Made by a program: the position numbers and the translations under genes
Assembly (NCBI RefSeq): GCF_006345805.1
Contig: NC_042999.1
Coordinates: 62,000,001 to 62,064,000, forward strand
Source: Octopus sinensis
Lineage: Eukaryota
Length of the DNA stretch: 64,000 bases
Direction of reading: 5' to 3'
Notes under the pieces: model-generated
The model's input: only the letters and a program-made list of their open reading frames with translations
Database searches by the model: none
Told to the model about the DNA's origin: nothing
Shown: in pieces, positions 48,829 to 62,527 of the stretch
Numbering within the stretch: the first letter of the stretch is position 1
How the letters are laid out: each line of letters opens with the position of its first letter

Positions 48829-51800
48829 AGCAGACGTCGAAGGGTAAAAACTTCAGACAAACCAAGCAGACGTCGAAGGGTAAAAACTTCAGACAACCCA
48901 AGCAGACGTCGAAGGGTAAAAACTTCAGACAAACCAAGCAGACATCGAAGGGTAAAAACTTCAGACAAACCAAGCAGACGTCGAAGGGTAAAAACTTCAG
49001 ACAAACCAAGCAGACGTCGAAGGGTAAAAACTTCAGACAAACCAAGCAGACGTCGAAGGGTAACAACTTCAGACAACCCAAGCAGACGTCGAAGGGTAAA
49101 AACTTCAGACAAACCAAGCAGACATCGAAGGGTAAAAACTTCAGACAACCCAAGCAGACGTCGTAGGGTAAAAACTTCAGACAAACCAAGCAGACATCGA
49201 AGGGTAAAAACTTCAGACAAACCAAGCAGACGTCGAGGGGTAAAAACTTCAGACACACCAAGCAGACGTCGAAGGGTAAAAACTTCAGACAAACCAAGCA
49301 GACGTCGAAGGGTAAAAACTTCAGACAAACCAAGCAGACGTCGAAGGGTAAAAACTTCAGACAAACCAAGCAGACGTCGAAGGGTAAAAACTTCAGACAA
49401 ACCAAGCAGACATCAAAGGGTAAAAACTTCAGACAAACCAAGCAGACGTCGAAGGGTAAAAGCTTCAGACAACCCAAGCAGACGTCGAAGGGTAAAAACT
49501 TCAGACAAACCAAGCAGACATCGAAGGGTAAACACTTCAGACAACCCAAGCAGACATCGAAGGGTAAAAACTTCAGACAAACCAAGCAGACATCGAAGGG
49601 TAAAAACTTCAGACAAACCAAGCAGACGTCGAAGGGTAAAAACTTCAGACACACCAAGCAGACGTCGAAGGGTAAAAACTTCAGACAAACCAAGCAGACG
49701 TCGAAGGGTAAAAACTTCAGACAAACCAAGCAGACGTCGAAGGGTAAAAACTTCAGACAAACCAAGCAGACGTCGAAGGGTAAAAACTTCAGACAAACCA
49801 AGCAGACATCAAAGGGTAAAAACTTCAGACAAACCAAGCAGACGTCGAAGGGTAAAAACTTCAGACAAACCAAGCAGACGTCGAAGGGTAAAAACTTCAG
49901 ACAAACCAAGCAGACGTCGAAGGGTAAAAACTTCAGACAACCCAAGCAGACGTCGAAGGGTAAAAACTTCAGACAAACCAAGCAGACATCGAAGGGTAAA
50001 AACTTCAGACAACCCAAGCAGACGTCGAAGGGTAAAAACTTCAGACAAACCAAGCAGACATCGAAGGGTAAAAACTTCAGACAAACCACCAGAAGCGAAG
50101 GCGTCGAAGGGTAAAAACTTCAGACACACCAAGCAGACGTCGAAGGGTAAAAAAAACTTCAGACAAACCAAGCAGACGTCGAAGGGTAAGAACTTCAGAC
50201 AAACCAAGCAGACGTCGAAGGGTTTAAAACTTCAGACAAACCAAGCAGACGTCGAAGGGTAAAAACTTCAGAACAACCAGCAGACATCAAAGGGTAAAAA
50301 CTTCAGACAAACCAAGCAGACGTCGAAGGGTAAAAACTTCAGACAAGCCAAGCAGACGTCGAAGGGTAAAAACTTCAGACAAACCAAGCAGACATCGAAG
50401 GGTAAAAACTTCAGACAACCCAAGCAGAGGTCGAAAGATAAAAACTTCAGACAACCCAAGCAGACGTCGAAGGGTAAAAACTTCAGACAAACCAAGCAGA
50501 CGTCGAAGGGTAAAAACTTCAGACAAACCAAGCAGACATCAAAGGGTAAAAACTTCAGACAAACCAAGCAGACGTCGAAGGGTAAAAACTTCAGACAACC
50601 CAAGCAGACGTCGAAGGGTAAAAACTTCAGACAAACCAAGCAGACATCGAAGGGTAAAAACTTCAGACAACCCAAGCAGACGTCGAAGGGTAAAAACTTC
50701 AGACAAACCAAGCAGACATCGAAGGGTAAAAACTTCAGACAAACCAAGCAGACGTCGAAGGGTAAAAACTTCAGACACACCAAGCAGACGTCGAAGGGTA
50801 AAAACTTCAGACAAACCAAGCAGACGTCGAAGGGTAAAAACTTCAGACAAACCAAGCAGACGTCGAAGGGTTAAAACTTCAGACAAACCAAGCAGACGTC
50901 GAAGGTAAAAACTTCAGACAAACCAAGCAGACGTCGAAGGGTAACAACTTCAACAAAAACCCCAGCAGACGTCGAAGGGTAAAAACTTCAGACAACCAAG
51001 CAGACGTCGAAGGGTAAAAACTTCAGACAACCCCAGCAGACGTCGAAGGGTAAAAACTTCAGACAACCAAGCAGACATCGAAGGGTAAAAACTTCAGACA
51101 ACCAAGCAGACGTCGAGGGGTAAAAACTTCAGACACACCAAGCAGACGTCGAAGGGTAAAAACTTCAGACAACCAAGCAGACGTCGAAGGTAAAAACTTC
51201 AGACAAACCAAGCAGACGTCGAAGGTTAAAACCTTCAGACAAACCAAGCAGACGTCGAAGGTAAAAACTTCAGACAAACCAAGCAGACATCAAAGGGTAA
51301 AACTTCAGACAAACCAAGCAGACGTCGAAGGTAAAAGCTTCAGACAACCCAAGCAGACGTCGAAGGGTAAAACTTCAGACAAACCAAGCAGACATCGAAG
51401 GGTAAAAACTTCAGACAACCCAAGCAGATGTTGAAGGGTAAAACTTCAGACAACCCAAGCAGACATCGAAGGGTAAAAACTTCAGACAAACCAAGCAGAC
51501 GTCGAAGGGTAAAAACTTCAGACAAACCAAGCAGACGTCGAAGGGTAAAAACTTCAGACACACCAAGCAGACGTCGAAGGGTAACTTCAGACCAACCCAG
51601 CAGACATCGAAGGGTAAAAACTTCAGACAAACCAAGCAGACGTCGAAGGGTAAAACTTCAGACACACCAAGCAGACGTCGAAGGGTAAAAACTTCAGACA
51701 AGCCAAGCAGACGTCGAAGGGTAAAAACTTCAGACAAACCAAGCAGACGTCGAAGGGTAAAACTTCAGACAAACCAAGCAGACATCAAGGGTAAAAACTT

Positions 51801-54800
51801 CAGACAAACCAAGCAGACGTCGAAGGGTAAAAACTTCAGACAAACAAGCAGACGTCGAGGGGTAAAAACTCTCAGACAAACCAAGCAGACGTCGAAGGGT
51901 AAAAACTTCAGACAACCCAGCAGACGTCGAAGGGTAAAAACTTCAGACAAACCAAGCAGACATCGAAGGGTAAAAACTTCAGTCAACCCAAGCAGACGTC
52001 GAAGGGTAAAAACTTCAGACCAACCAAGCAGACATCGAAGGGTAAAAACTTCAGACAAACCAAGCAGACGTCGAAGGGTAAAAACTTCAGACACACCAAG
52101 CAGACGTCGAAGGGTAAAAAACTTCAGACAAACCAAGCAGACGTCGAAGGGTAAAAACTTCAGACAACCAAGCAGACTCGAAGGGGGGTAAACTTCAGAC
52201 AACCCAAGCAGACGTCGAAGGGTAAAAACTTCAGACAAACCAAGCAGACATCGAAGGGTAAAAACTTCAGACAACCCAAGCAGACGTCGAAGGGTAAAAA
52301 CTTCAGACAAACCAAGCAGACGTCGAAGGGTAAAAACTTCAGACAACCCAAGCAGACGTCGAAGGGTAAAAACTTCAGACCACCAAGCAGACGTCGAAGG
52401 GTAAAAACTTCAGACCAACCAAGCAGACGTCGAAGGGTAAAAACTTCAGACAAACCAAGCAGACGTCGAAGGGTAAAAACTTCAGACAAACCAAAAAAAA
52501 GAAAAAAAAAAAAAAAAAAAAGACTCAAGGTTAAAAACTTCAGACAAACCAAGCAGACGTCGAAGGGTAAAAACTTCAGACAAACCAAGCAGACGTCGAA
52601 GGTAAAAACTTCAGACAAACCAAGCAGACGTCGAAGGTAAAAACTTCAGACAACCCAAGCAGACGTCGAAGGGTAAAAACTTCAGACAATCCAAGCAGAC
52701 ATCGAAGGGTAAAAACTTCAGACAAACCAAGCAGACGTCGAAGGGTAAAAACTTCAGACAAACCAAGCAGACGTCGAAGAGTAAAAATTTCAGACAAACC
52801 AAGCAGACGTCGAAGGGTAAAAACTTCAGACACACCAAGCAGACGTCGAAGGGTAAAAACTTCAGACAAACCAAGCAGACGTCGAAGGGTAAAAAATTCA
52901 GACAAACCAAGCAGACGTCAAAGGTAAAAACTTCAGACAAACCAAGCAGACGTCGAAGGGTAAAAACTTCAGACAAACCAAGAAGACATCAAAGGGTAAA
53001 AACTTCAGACAAACCAAGCAGACGTCGAAGGGTAAAAACTTCAGACAAACCAAGCAGACGTCGAAGGGTAAAAACTTCAGACAAACCAAGCAGACGTCGA
53101 AGGGTAAAAACTTCAGACAACCCAAGCAGACGTCGAAGGGTAAAAACTTCAGACAAACCAAGCAGACATCGAAGGGTAAAAACTTCAGACAACCCAAGCA
53201 GACGTCGAAGGGTAAAAACTTCAGACAAACCAAGTAGACATCGAAGGGTAAAAACTTCAGACAAACCAAGCAGACGTCGAAGGGTAAAAACTTCAGACAA
53301 ACCAAGCAGACGTCGAAGGGTAAAAACTTCAGACAACCCAAGCAGACGTCGAAGGGTAAAAACTTCAGACAAACCAAGCAGACATCGAAGGGTAAAAACT
53401 CCAGACAAACCAAGCAGACGTCGAAGGGTAAAAACTTCAGACAAACCAAGCAGACATCGAAGGGTAAAAACTTCAGACAAACCAAGCAGACGTCGAAGGG
53501 TAAAAACTTCAGACACACCAAGCAGACGTCGAAGGGTAAAAACTTCAGACAAACCAAGCAGACGTCGAAGGGTAAAAACTTCAGACAAACCAAGCAGACG
53601 TTGAAGGGTAAAAACTTCAGACAAACCAAGCAGACGTCGAAGGGTAAAAACTTCAGACAAACCAAGAAGACATCAAAGGGTAAAAACTTCAGACAAACCA
53701 AGCAGACGTCGAAGGGTAAAAACTTCAGACAAACCAAGCAGACGTCGAAGGGTAAAAGCTTCAGACAAACCAAGCAGACGTCGAAGGGTAAAAACTTCAG
53801 ACAACCCAAGCAGACGTCGAAGGGTAAAAACTTCAGACAATCCAAGCAGACATCGAAGGGTAAAAACTTCAGACAACCCAAGCAGACGTCGAAGGGTAAA
53901 AACTTCAGACAAACCAAGCAGACGTCGAAGGGTAAAAACTTCAGACAAACCAAGCAGACGTCGAAGGGTAAAAACTTCAGACACACCAAGCAGACGTCGA
54001 AGGGTAAAAACTTCAGACAAACCAAGCAGACGTCGAAGGGTAAAAACTTCAGACAAACCAAGCAGACGTCAAAGGGTAAAAACTTCAGACAAACCAAGCA
54101 GACGTCGAAGGGTAAAAACTTCAGACAAACCAAGAAGACATCAAAGGGTAAAAACTTCAGACAAACCAAGCAGACGTCGAAGGGTAAAAACTTCAGACAA
54201 ACCAAGCAGACGTCGAAGGGTAAAAACTTCAGACAAACCAAGCAGACGTCGAAGGGTAAAAACTTCAGACAACCCAAGCAGACGTCGAAGGGTAAAAACT
54301 TCAGACAATCCAAGCAGACATCGAAGGGTAAAAACTTCAGACAACCCAAGCAGACGTCGAAGGGTAAAAACTTCAGACAAACCAAGCAGACGTCGAAGAG
54401 TAAAAATTTCAGACAAACCAAGCAGACGTCGAAGGGTAAAAACTTCAGACAACCAAGCAGACGTCGAAGGGTAAAAACTTCAGACAAACCAAGCAGACGT
54501 CGAAGGTTTAAAAACTTCAGACAACCCAAGCAGACGTCGAAGGGTTAAAAACTTCAGACAACCAAGCAGACGTCGAAGGGTAAAAACTTCAGACAAACCA
54601 AGCAGACATCGAAGGGTAAAAACTTCAGACAACCCAAGCAGACGTCGAAGGGTTAAAAACTTCAGACAAACCAAGCAGACATCGAAGGGTAAAAACTTCA
54701 GACAAACCAAGCAGACGTCGAAGGGTTAAAAACTTCAGACACACCAAGCAGACGTCGAAGGGTAAAAACTTCAGACAAACAAGCAGACGTCGAAGGGTAA

Positions 54801-55986
54801 AAACTTCAGACAAACAAGCAGACGTCGAAGGGTTAAAAACTTCAGACAAACCAAGAAGACATCAAAGTAAAAACTTCAGACAAACCAAGCAGACGTCGAA
54901 GGGTAAAAACTTCAGACAAACCAAGCAGACGTCGAAGGGTAAAAACTTCAGACAAACCAAGCAGAAGTCGAAGGGTAAAAACTTCAGACAACCCAAGCAG
55001 ACGTCGAAGGGTAAAAACTTCAGACAATCCAATCAGACATCGAAGGGTAAAAAACTTCAGACACACCAAGAAGACGCAGACGTCGAAGGGTAAAAACTTC
55101 AGACAAACCAAGCAGACGTCGAAGGGTAAAAACTTCAGACAAACCAAGAAGACATCAAAGGGTAAAAACTTCAGACAAACCAAGCAGACGTCGAAGGGTA
55201 AAAACTTCAGACAAACCAAGCAGACGTCGAAGGGTAAAAACTTCAGACAAACCAAGCAGACGTCGAAGGGTAAAAACTTCAGACAACCCAAGCAGACGTC
55301 GAAGGGTAAAAACTTCAGACAATCCAATCAGACATCGAAGGGTAAAAACTTCAGACAACCCAAGCAGACGTCGAAGGGTAAAAACTTCAGACAAACCAAG
55401 CAGACGTCGAAGAGTAAAAATTTCAGACAAACCAAGCAGACGTCGAAGGGTAAAAACTTCAGACAAACCAAGCAGACGTCGAAGGGTAAAAACTTCAGAC
55501 AAACCAAGCAGACGTCGAAGGGTTAAAAACTTCAGACAAACCAAGCAGACGTCAAAGGGTAAAAACTTCAGACAAACCAAGCAGACGTCGAAGGGTTAAA
55601 AACTTCAGACAAACCAAGAAGACATCAAAGGGTTAAAAACTTCAGACAAACCAAGCAGACGTCGAAGGGTAAAAACTTCAGACAAACCAAGCAGACCTCG
55701 AAGGGTAAAAACTTCAGACAAACCAAGCAGACGTCGAAGGGTAAAAACTTCAGACAACCCAAGCAGACGTCGAAGGGTAAAAACTTCAGACAATCCAAGC
55801 AGACATCGAAGGGTAAAAACTTCAGACACACCAAGCAGACGTCGAAGGGTAAAAACTTCAGACAAACCAAGCAGACGTCGAAGAGTAAAAATTTCAGACA
55901 AACCAAGCAGACGTCGAAGGGTAAAAACTTCAGACAAACCAAGCAGACGTCGAAGGGTAAAAACTTCAGACAAACCAAGCAGACGT
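48829..55986. repeat. 36-bp tandem satellite, ~200 copies (GCAGACGTCGAAGGGTAAAAACTTCAGACAAACCAA)
   Basis: Uninterrupted array of ~7.16 kb, read directly from the sequence. Confidence 0.98.
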
Positions 55987-57879
55987 TTGTTTTACGTCCA
56001 GAAGTTGTTTTTGTCTCGGTTGATTTCTAGCAAGCCATCACACCAAATTATTTTTTGATATGGCTGCCGACTTAGTTGCTGATGACCCCACGATTTCACA
56101 TGTAATGGATTACATGCTAACAGTAGTACTCAAAGCAGACTAAAGATCATTTAGTCAAATGTACAGCAATGAAATAAGCTAGTTATGTTATTGAACAGAA
56201 TTATATGAAACAAACAGCTGATGACGAAAAAATTTTAATTTTAAACAGATAGATATTAGCCATCGCTCCATTATCTTCTCTTTAAAATTAGTCAATACAA
56301 AATGCCGTCATGAGTTTTATCCCTTAACACACGAAAGCACAAGAATATCTTGTTCTAAGGGAGATAACATATATAGTCATATTCAAGTTATCTCTCTTGA
56401 ATAGTTGCCGGTAACAATTATGCCGGCATAAGTAGAAAAGAAAAACTGACTCTAAGCTTTCAATTGCAAATAATCGAAGACAAATTAATAATTGAATTTG
56501 CATATTTCAACTCTTAGGAATAGAATTCAAATATACTTCCAGAATTTTTTCTTAATTTTTTTTCAATAAAATTCGAGCAAGTAAATTCAACGAGTTACAT
56601 ATTTTTTTCAATATTTTAATCAGAACACAATTTAAGAGAAAGAATAACTAGAAATAACTGTGTGGAGAGGAAACGTTATTTATCATCTTTCATAGAATTA
56701 AAATGAAGCATTCCAATGACTATTTGTTTCCCACCACGAATAATTATTTTCAGCGAGGTGTTTTTTTTTCTTTCTTTTATGCTCCTTACATTATTTTTTT
56801 ATTTGTTTCAGTCATTTGCTAGAGCACCGCATTTAATCGACCCCAGAACTTATTCTTTGTAAGCCTAGTATTTATTCTATCGGTCTGCTTTTGCTGAACC
56901 GCTAGGCTATGGTGACGTAAACACAACAACATTGGTTGTCAAGCGACGGTGGGAGGACAAACACAGACACACACACACATCCTATATATATACATACGAT
57001 GGGCTTCTTTCAGTTTCGATCTACCAAATCCACTCACAAGGTTTTGGTCGGCCTGAGGCTATAGTAGAAGACACTTGCCCAAGGTGCCATGCAGTGAGAC
57101 TGAACCCGGAACCAAATAAGCTACATACCACACAGTCACTCCTGTGCCTATATGTTAAGTATTTTAATATTATCTTGACTATCTTATTTACTATCATTTA
57201 TTTTACAAAATATTCCTTTCTACTATAGACACAAGGCCTGATATTTCGGGAGAAGGGGCCAGTCGATTACATCGGCCCCACTAAGCAATAAGTACTTATT
57301 TTATCGACTCCGGAAAGAATAAAGGGAAAGTCCACCACCGTGGAATTTGAACTCAGAACGTAAAGACGGACGAAATACCTATTTCTTTACTACCCACAAA
57401 GAGCTAAACACAGAGGGGTCAAACAAGGACAGACAAGCGGATTGAATCGATTATATCGACCTCAGTGCGTAACTGGTACTTAATTTATCGACCCCGAAAG
57501 GATGAAAAGCAAAGTCGACCTCGGTGGAATTTGAACTCAGAACGTGGCGGCAGACAAAATACTTATTTCTTTACTACCCACAAGGGGCTACACACAGAGG
57601 GGACAAAGACAGACAAACGGATTAAGTCGATTATATCGACCCCAGTGCGTGACTGGTACTTATTTAATCGACCTCGAAAGGATGAAAGGCGAAGTCGACC
57701 TCGGCAGAATTTGAACTCAGAACATAGCAGCAGACGAAATACTGCTGAGCATTTCGCCTGGCGTGCTAAAGATTCTGCTAGCTCTTACTTCTTACCACAC
57801 AGCCACACCTACACCCATTTGAGCACAAGTGTTTCAGAATACTGCTACACACGCCGTACAGAGAGCACAAAATGAGCAG

Positions 57880-58010
57880 CCTTGTCTGGCAGCAAGTAAA
57901 CCAATATGCCAGCAGACAAGAACCAAAAGTTTGCATGGAATGGTCACATGCTCTGCCACAACTCTTTATCCAAAACTATGCTTCAGGGCATAATTGACGG
58001 TGGGCAAAAG
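57880..58010 (+). pseudogene. RTE-type LINE RT C-terminal remnant
   Basis: Translates as QKFAWNGHMLCHNSLSKTMLQGIIDGGQKR, matching the RTE WxGH...K..LQG.V.G.R motif. Confidence 0.55.
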
Positions 58011-58202
58011 AGAGAGGTGTAGGAGTAGCTATGTGATAAGTAACTTGCTTACGAACCACATGGTTCTGGGTTCAGTCTCACTGTGTGGCACCTTCAGCAA
58101 GTGTCTTCTACTATAGCTTCAGACCGACCAATGCCTTATGAGTGGATTTGGTAGACGGAAATTGAAAGAAGCCCATCATATATATGTATGTATGTATGTA
58201 TG

Positions 58203-58251
<49 letters not shown>

Positions 58252-60419
58252 GTGCATCTGTATATGTTTATGTGTCTGTGTTTGTCCCACCCCACCCCAA
58301 CATCACTTGACAACTGATGCTGGTGTGTTTACATCCCCATAACTTAGCAGTTCGGCAAAAGAGACTGAAAGAATAAGTACTAGGCTTACAAAGAATAAGT
58401 CCTGCAGTCAATTTGCTCGACTAAAAGGCGGTGCTCCAGCATGGCTACAGTTAAATGACTGAAACAAGTAAAAGAGTAATATCATGGACCAGACAGGTCA
58501 CAACACAGCAAACCTGCTATACATGACGTAAAACAGAGATCAATGGTGATGGATGGCTGCATCAGTTAAAGGATCTTGATGATGATGATGATGCTTGTAT
58601 GAAACAGGCTTCTTTCAGTTTCTGTCTACCAAATCCACTCACAAGGCTTTGGTCTGCTATAGTAGAAAACACTACCACAAAGTGTTACACAGTGGGACTA
58701 AACCCAAAACTACATGATTGAGAAGTAGGCTTCTTAACTATACTGACATGCTTGCACCTCTTGTATGTATAATACTGTAATAACAACTAAGTAGAACAAA
58801 GGAAAAAATCAACATAGTTTATTAGTTTAATATCCAAATATTTATAATTTTCTTGTTTGAAGTTTTATTTATACACAACCAATTTACAAAATTTAAACAA
58901 GGAGCTTTTATATCAGCCAAGATACAAAAATTAACTTTGAATCACATGAAACTGACTAGCAATGTTTAGATTTTCTTTTAAGTTATTTATACAGATCAAA
59001 TACATGCATTTAGTTTATTTAAGTTCAGACACAGAATTCAAGGGACATAGGTATATCACAGATGAAGGCAACCATGATATATATTACAGTCAAAAGTAAC
59101 TTAGCAAATATAATACAAATAAATATATTGTCCACTCTTAAAAGCTATGTTGCATGTTATTTAAATAAATATTATTTACATAAATAAATAGATAAATATT
59201 TTTAAAAATGAGATTTAATCAGGATTGACAGGATAGGAAGGCAATGCAAATGACAAGAAAAGTCCTTTCATACGAAAAAAACACTTTTTGAGTAGAAAAT
59301 ATTCCTTGTTAAATTCAATAAAAACTGTGCATGATAAATATCTATTCTTAGTTATTTTGCTAGATATTGGTTTTCAAGCAATTACATCATAATAGAGATA
59401 TTTTAGCCATCTGTAAACATACAAAAATTCTTAAATTCATTTATTAATTATTTCCTGAGGTGTCAGAATTCAGACGGTCACTTTTACAATACAGCTGCTT
59501 TAGTTTCAACACAGAATCTCAGATCAAATCACTTGCCAGACAAGTAAAGCTCTGAACTGGTTTTGATGTTTTACTTTTGTTCCAACCAGCTTTGGTCAAG
59601 CAGAATGGTAAAAAAAAAAAAAAAAAAAAAAAAAGAGAGAGAGATCATTCTGCTGTTGGTAAATCAAAATTTTAACAAACAAAAACTATTTCTGAGGTAC
59701 TTTATTTCAATGAAACAAGAGATGCTGAAAGGACAACCATTTCATTGAATATATTATAGGTGTGTGTCTGTGATTATAGTATGGAAGACACACATTAAGC
59801 CACTCGCACAAACACACACACATAAAGACTTGACTTCCATGAGACATTTACGTAATGTCAAAATGTGAAGTCAACAGTCTTTGCTGAGGGAAGCATCAAG
59901 ATCTCATGTAATGGATGGCAAATATGTGGTTAAAAATAAACTACATGTAATACCAATATCAATAGTGACAGGATCTCTTGCAATGATCTTAGACAAGAAT
60001 TGGTATGACATCTGTCATACCAACAGTTATAGAAATACTAAGTATAGTCTCTAAAAGACTATGCAAGGTTATCATATTTGATGGTATGAAAGACACATAG
60101 GTATATTAGACACATCTCAATTTCAGCAGTGCATATTCAAGAGAAAAAAGATTTTAGTGTATTAAACTAGGACATATAGGCCCAACTTTGCATATAGGAC
60201 CCAAGGTGGTTTCTTGAGATATTTTCTGAAAACAAAAGTGTGTTTTAGACACCACTAAATATTGTAATTAAAAAGGGTAGTACATAACTAAAATAGGAAG
60301 ACAGTAATAGTTATAGGAACGCTAACTGTAGTCTCTAAAAGACTAGACATGATTAAATAAAGAGATAGACCGAGACCTTTGGAGATATGCTGTGAAGACC
60401 CGAAGTGAGTTCATGGCTC

Positions 60420-60778
60420 ACAGGATGGCCTGCTATGCTTACCTTGGATCGTAGGGCAACCTGCTGTGCTTGAGGAGACCTACTGAGTCAAGTACATCAA
60501 CATCAAAATAAAATCAAATGGAAATTGTAGTTGTGAAACCCATGCCGGTGGCACATAAAAAGCACCAACCGATCGTGGCCACTGCCAGCCTCCCCTGGCA
60601 CCTATGCCGGTGGCACATAAAAAGCACCCACTACACTGACGGAGTGGTTGGCGTTAGGAAGAGCATCCAGCTGTAGAAACACTGGTGCAGCCTCCTGGCT
60701 TTCCAGACCCCGGTCGAACTGTTCAACCCATGCTAGCATGGAAAACAAACGTTAAACGATGATGATGATGATGATGAT
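60420..60778 (+). mobile_element. Retroposon 3' end with (GAT)n tail (SINE/LINE-tail family)
   Basis: GCCGGTGGCACATAAAAAGCACC (x2)...GGCGTTAGGAAGAGCATCCAGCTGTAGAAAC...CGTTAAACGATGATGATG. Confidence 0.55.
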
Positions 60779-61511
60779 AACTATGTACCCAAGGCATTTT
60801 GCTTGATGCACAGCTGATTTTATCACCTGCCACTCTGTCATCATCATCATTTAACATCCACTTTTCCATGGGTCAGATAGAATCTGTCAGAGATTTTCTA
60901 ATCATATTAAGTGTTTCTTTGTAATGTTCCTGGTAACAGAGATATTGATCCTGTCTCAAATTAACACAAGAGCCAGAAAGATGAGACTGTTCACATCAAC
61001 CATTAGCTGGAAAGGTTACCATAAAGTAAACACAACTGAATTTTCAAGCAGAAGAGGTTGACATGTGAAAGCAAAGAAAGACTTGTATGGAGAAGGTTAC
61101 GGGGGAGAGAGAGCAGCGTGGGAGTCCTTGATTGTTTGCATGGTAAGGGTTGTTACAATTAACAAAAAAATTAATAAAGTGTAAAGGAAAATGGAAAACA
61201 ACAGAAAAGAAAGAAAAACTGCAATTATATTGCTACAAAGTAAGAGTAAACTTTTTATAGATATTACAGTAATTAGCCTCTATCGATAATCTTAAATATC
61301 AAAAGGTGATGCAGAGTAGGTGGACGGATGATGGATAGAGGAGATGAATAGAGAAGGAGATGGATACAAGGAACTGCTTGCAGGGTTAATGGAAATAATA
61401 ATGAAGCAGCAGAATTTTAGAAACTGAACCATAATGAAACCAACATCTGTAAATATCCTGCATGCATTAATTATGAACTGATTAACGAGGGGAAGAGGAG
61501 GAGGATAATAA

Positions 61512-62170
61512 TCCTTTCTACTATAGGCACAAGGCCTGAAATTTATGGGGAGGGGTTAAGTCGATTACATCGACCTCAGTACACAGCAGATACTTAATTT
61601 ATCAACCCTGAAAGGATGAAAGGCAAAGTCGACCTTGGCAGAATTTGAACTCAGAATGTAGCAGCGGATGAAATACTGCTAAGTATTTCATCCGGTGTGC
61701 TAACAATTCTACCAGCTTGCTGCCTTAATAATAATCCTTTCTACTGTAGGTGCAAGGCCTGAAGTTTTTTTGTGTGGGGTGGAGGCAGTCAATTAGATCA
61801 ACCCCAGTACGCAACTGGTCCTTAATTTATCAACCCTGAAAAGATGAAAGGCAAAGCTGACCTCAGCAGAATTTGAACTTAGAACTAAGCAATGGGCAAA
61901 AAACCTCTAAGCATTTTGTCCAGCATGCTAATGATTCTGCCAGCTCACCACCAAATAATAATAATGATAATAATAATGCCGCCGCCGCCGCCACTGCCAC
62001 CAACACCACCAATAATAATAATAATAATAATTTTGGTACAAGGCCAGCAACATTAGGTGCAGGTGGGGTTAATTAATTACATCAACCTCAATACTTTGGC
62101 CAGTAGTATATTTTATCAACCTCAAAGTAATGGAAAGCGAAGTTGGCTATGGCAGTATTTGAACTCAGAA
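61512..62170 (-). mobile_element. Three CpG-depleted family A SINE copies
   Basis: Same consensus as the other family A copies, but most CG dinucleotides have changed to TG/CA. Confidence 0.8.
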
Positions 62171-62416
62171 TGTCCAAAAAGATTTGGACTCACAACATTA
62201 AGGAAACAAAGAAATAAATCAATTAAAAAATACCCGACAAAGCATTTGTCTGTTTCTCTTACCATTTCTACCACTCTTTTGTTCACAATAAAAATATCTG
62301 ACATCATCAAAATTTAGAATGGCAAAAAAAAAATAAACAGCTTCCTGAAGAAAGAAATCCATCTGAAATTTCGGTGAAAGAAAAAAAAAAGATATCAAAC
62401 TAATTTTAAGAAAATA

Positions 62417-62448
62417 TCATAAGTTCTCCTCCTTTTGATGTAATCCTT

Positions 62449-62479
<31 letters not shown>

Positions 62480-62527
62480 TTCTTTAAGATTTTCTCGTAG
62501 TTTTCGCAGATTTATTTTACGGAATCT
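62417..62527 (-). CDS. MLH3: MLH3 final coding exon with poly-Gln tract
   Basis: Acceptor TTTCATTTTTATAG, phase 0 matching the upstream donor. Reads RFRKINLRKLRENLKE(Q11)GLHQKEENL*. KINLRKLR resembles the KPNLTKLR of the vertebrate MLH3 last exon. Confidence 0.75.

Noticed and set aside
48812-55978. Long ORFs such as (CLKFLPFDVCLV)n and (KQTSKGKNFRQT)n
   Set aside because: These arise because the 36-bp unit is a multiple of three and stop-free in several frames on both strands. There are no splice signals or non-repetitive domains, and frameshifts are frequent.
48829-55986. CRISPR array (36-bp palindromic repeat)
   Set aside because: Units abut directly with no unique spacers, there are no cas genes, and the context is eukaryotic.
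56218-56229. CTGATGA-C-GAAA hammerhead-like string
   Set aside because: No stem I, II or III can form, so it is likely a chance match in AT-rich DNA.
59600-59750. Alternative MLH3 last exon after TCCTTTCAG
   Set aside because: The phase-0 reading hits a stop after five codons with no similarity to MLH3 tails. The 62417-62527 exon fits better.
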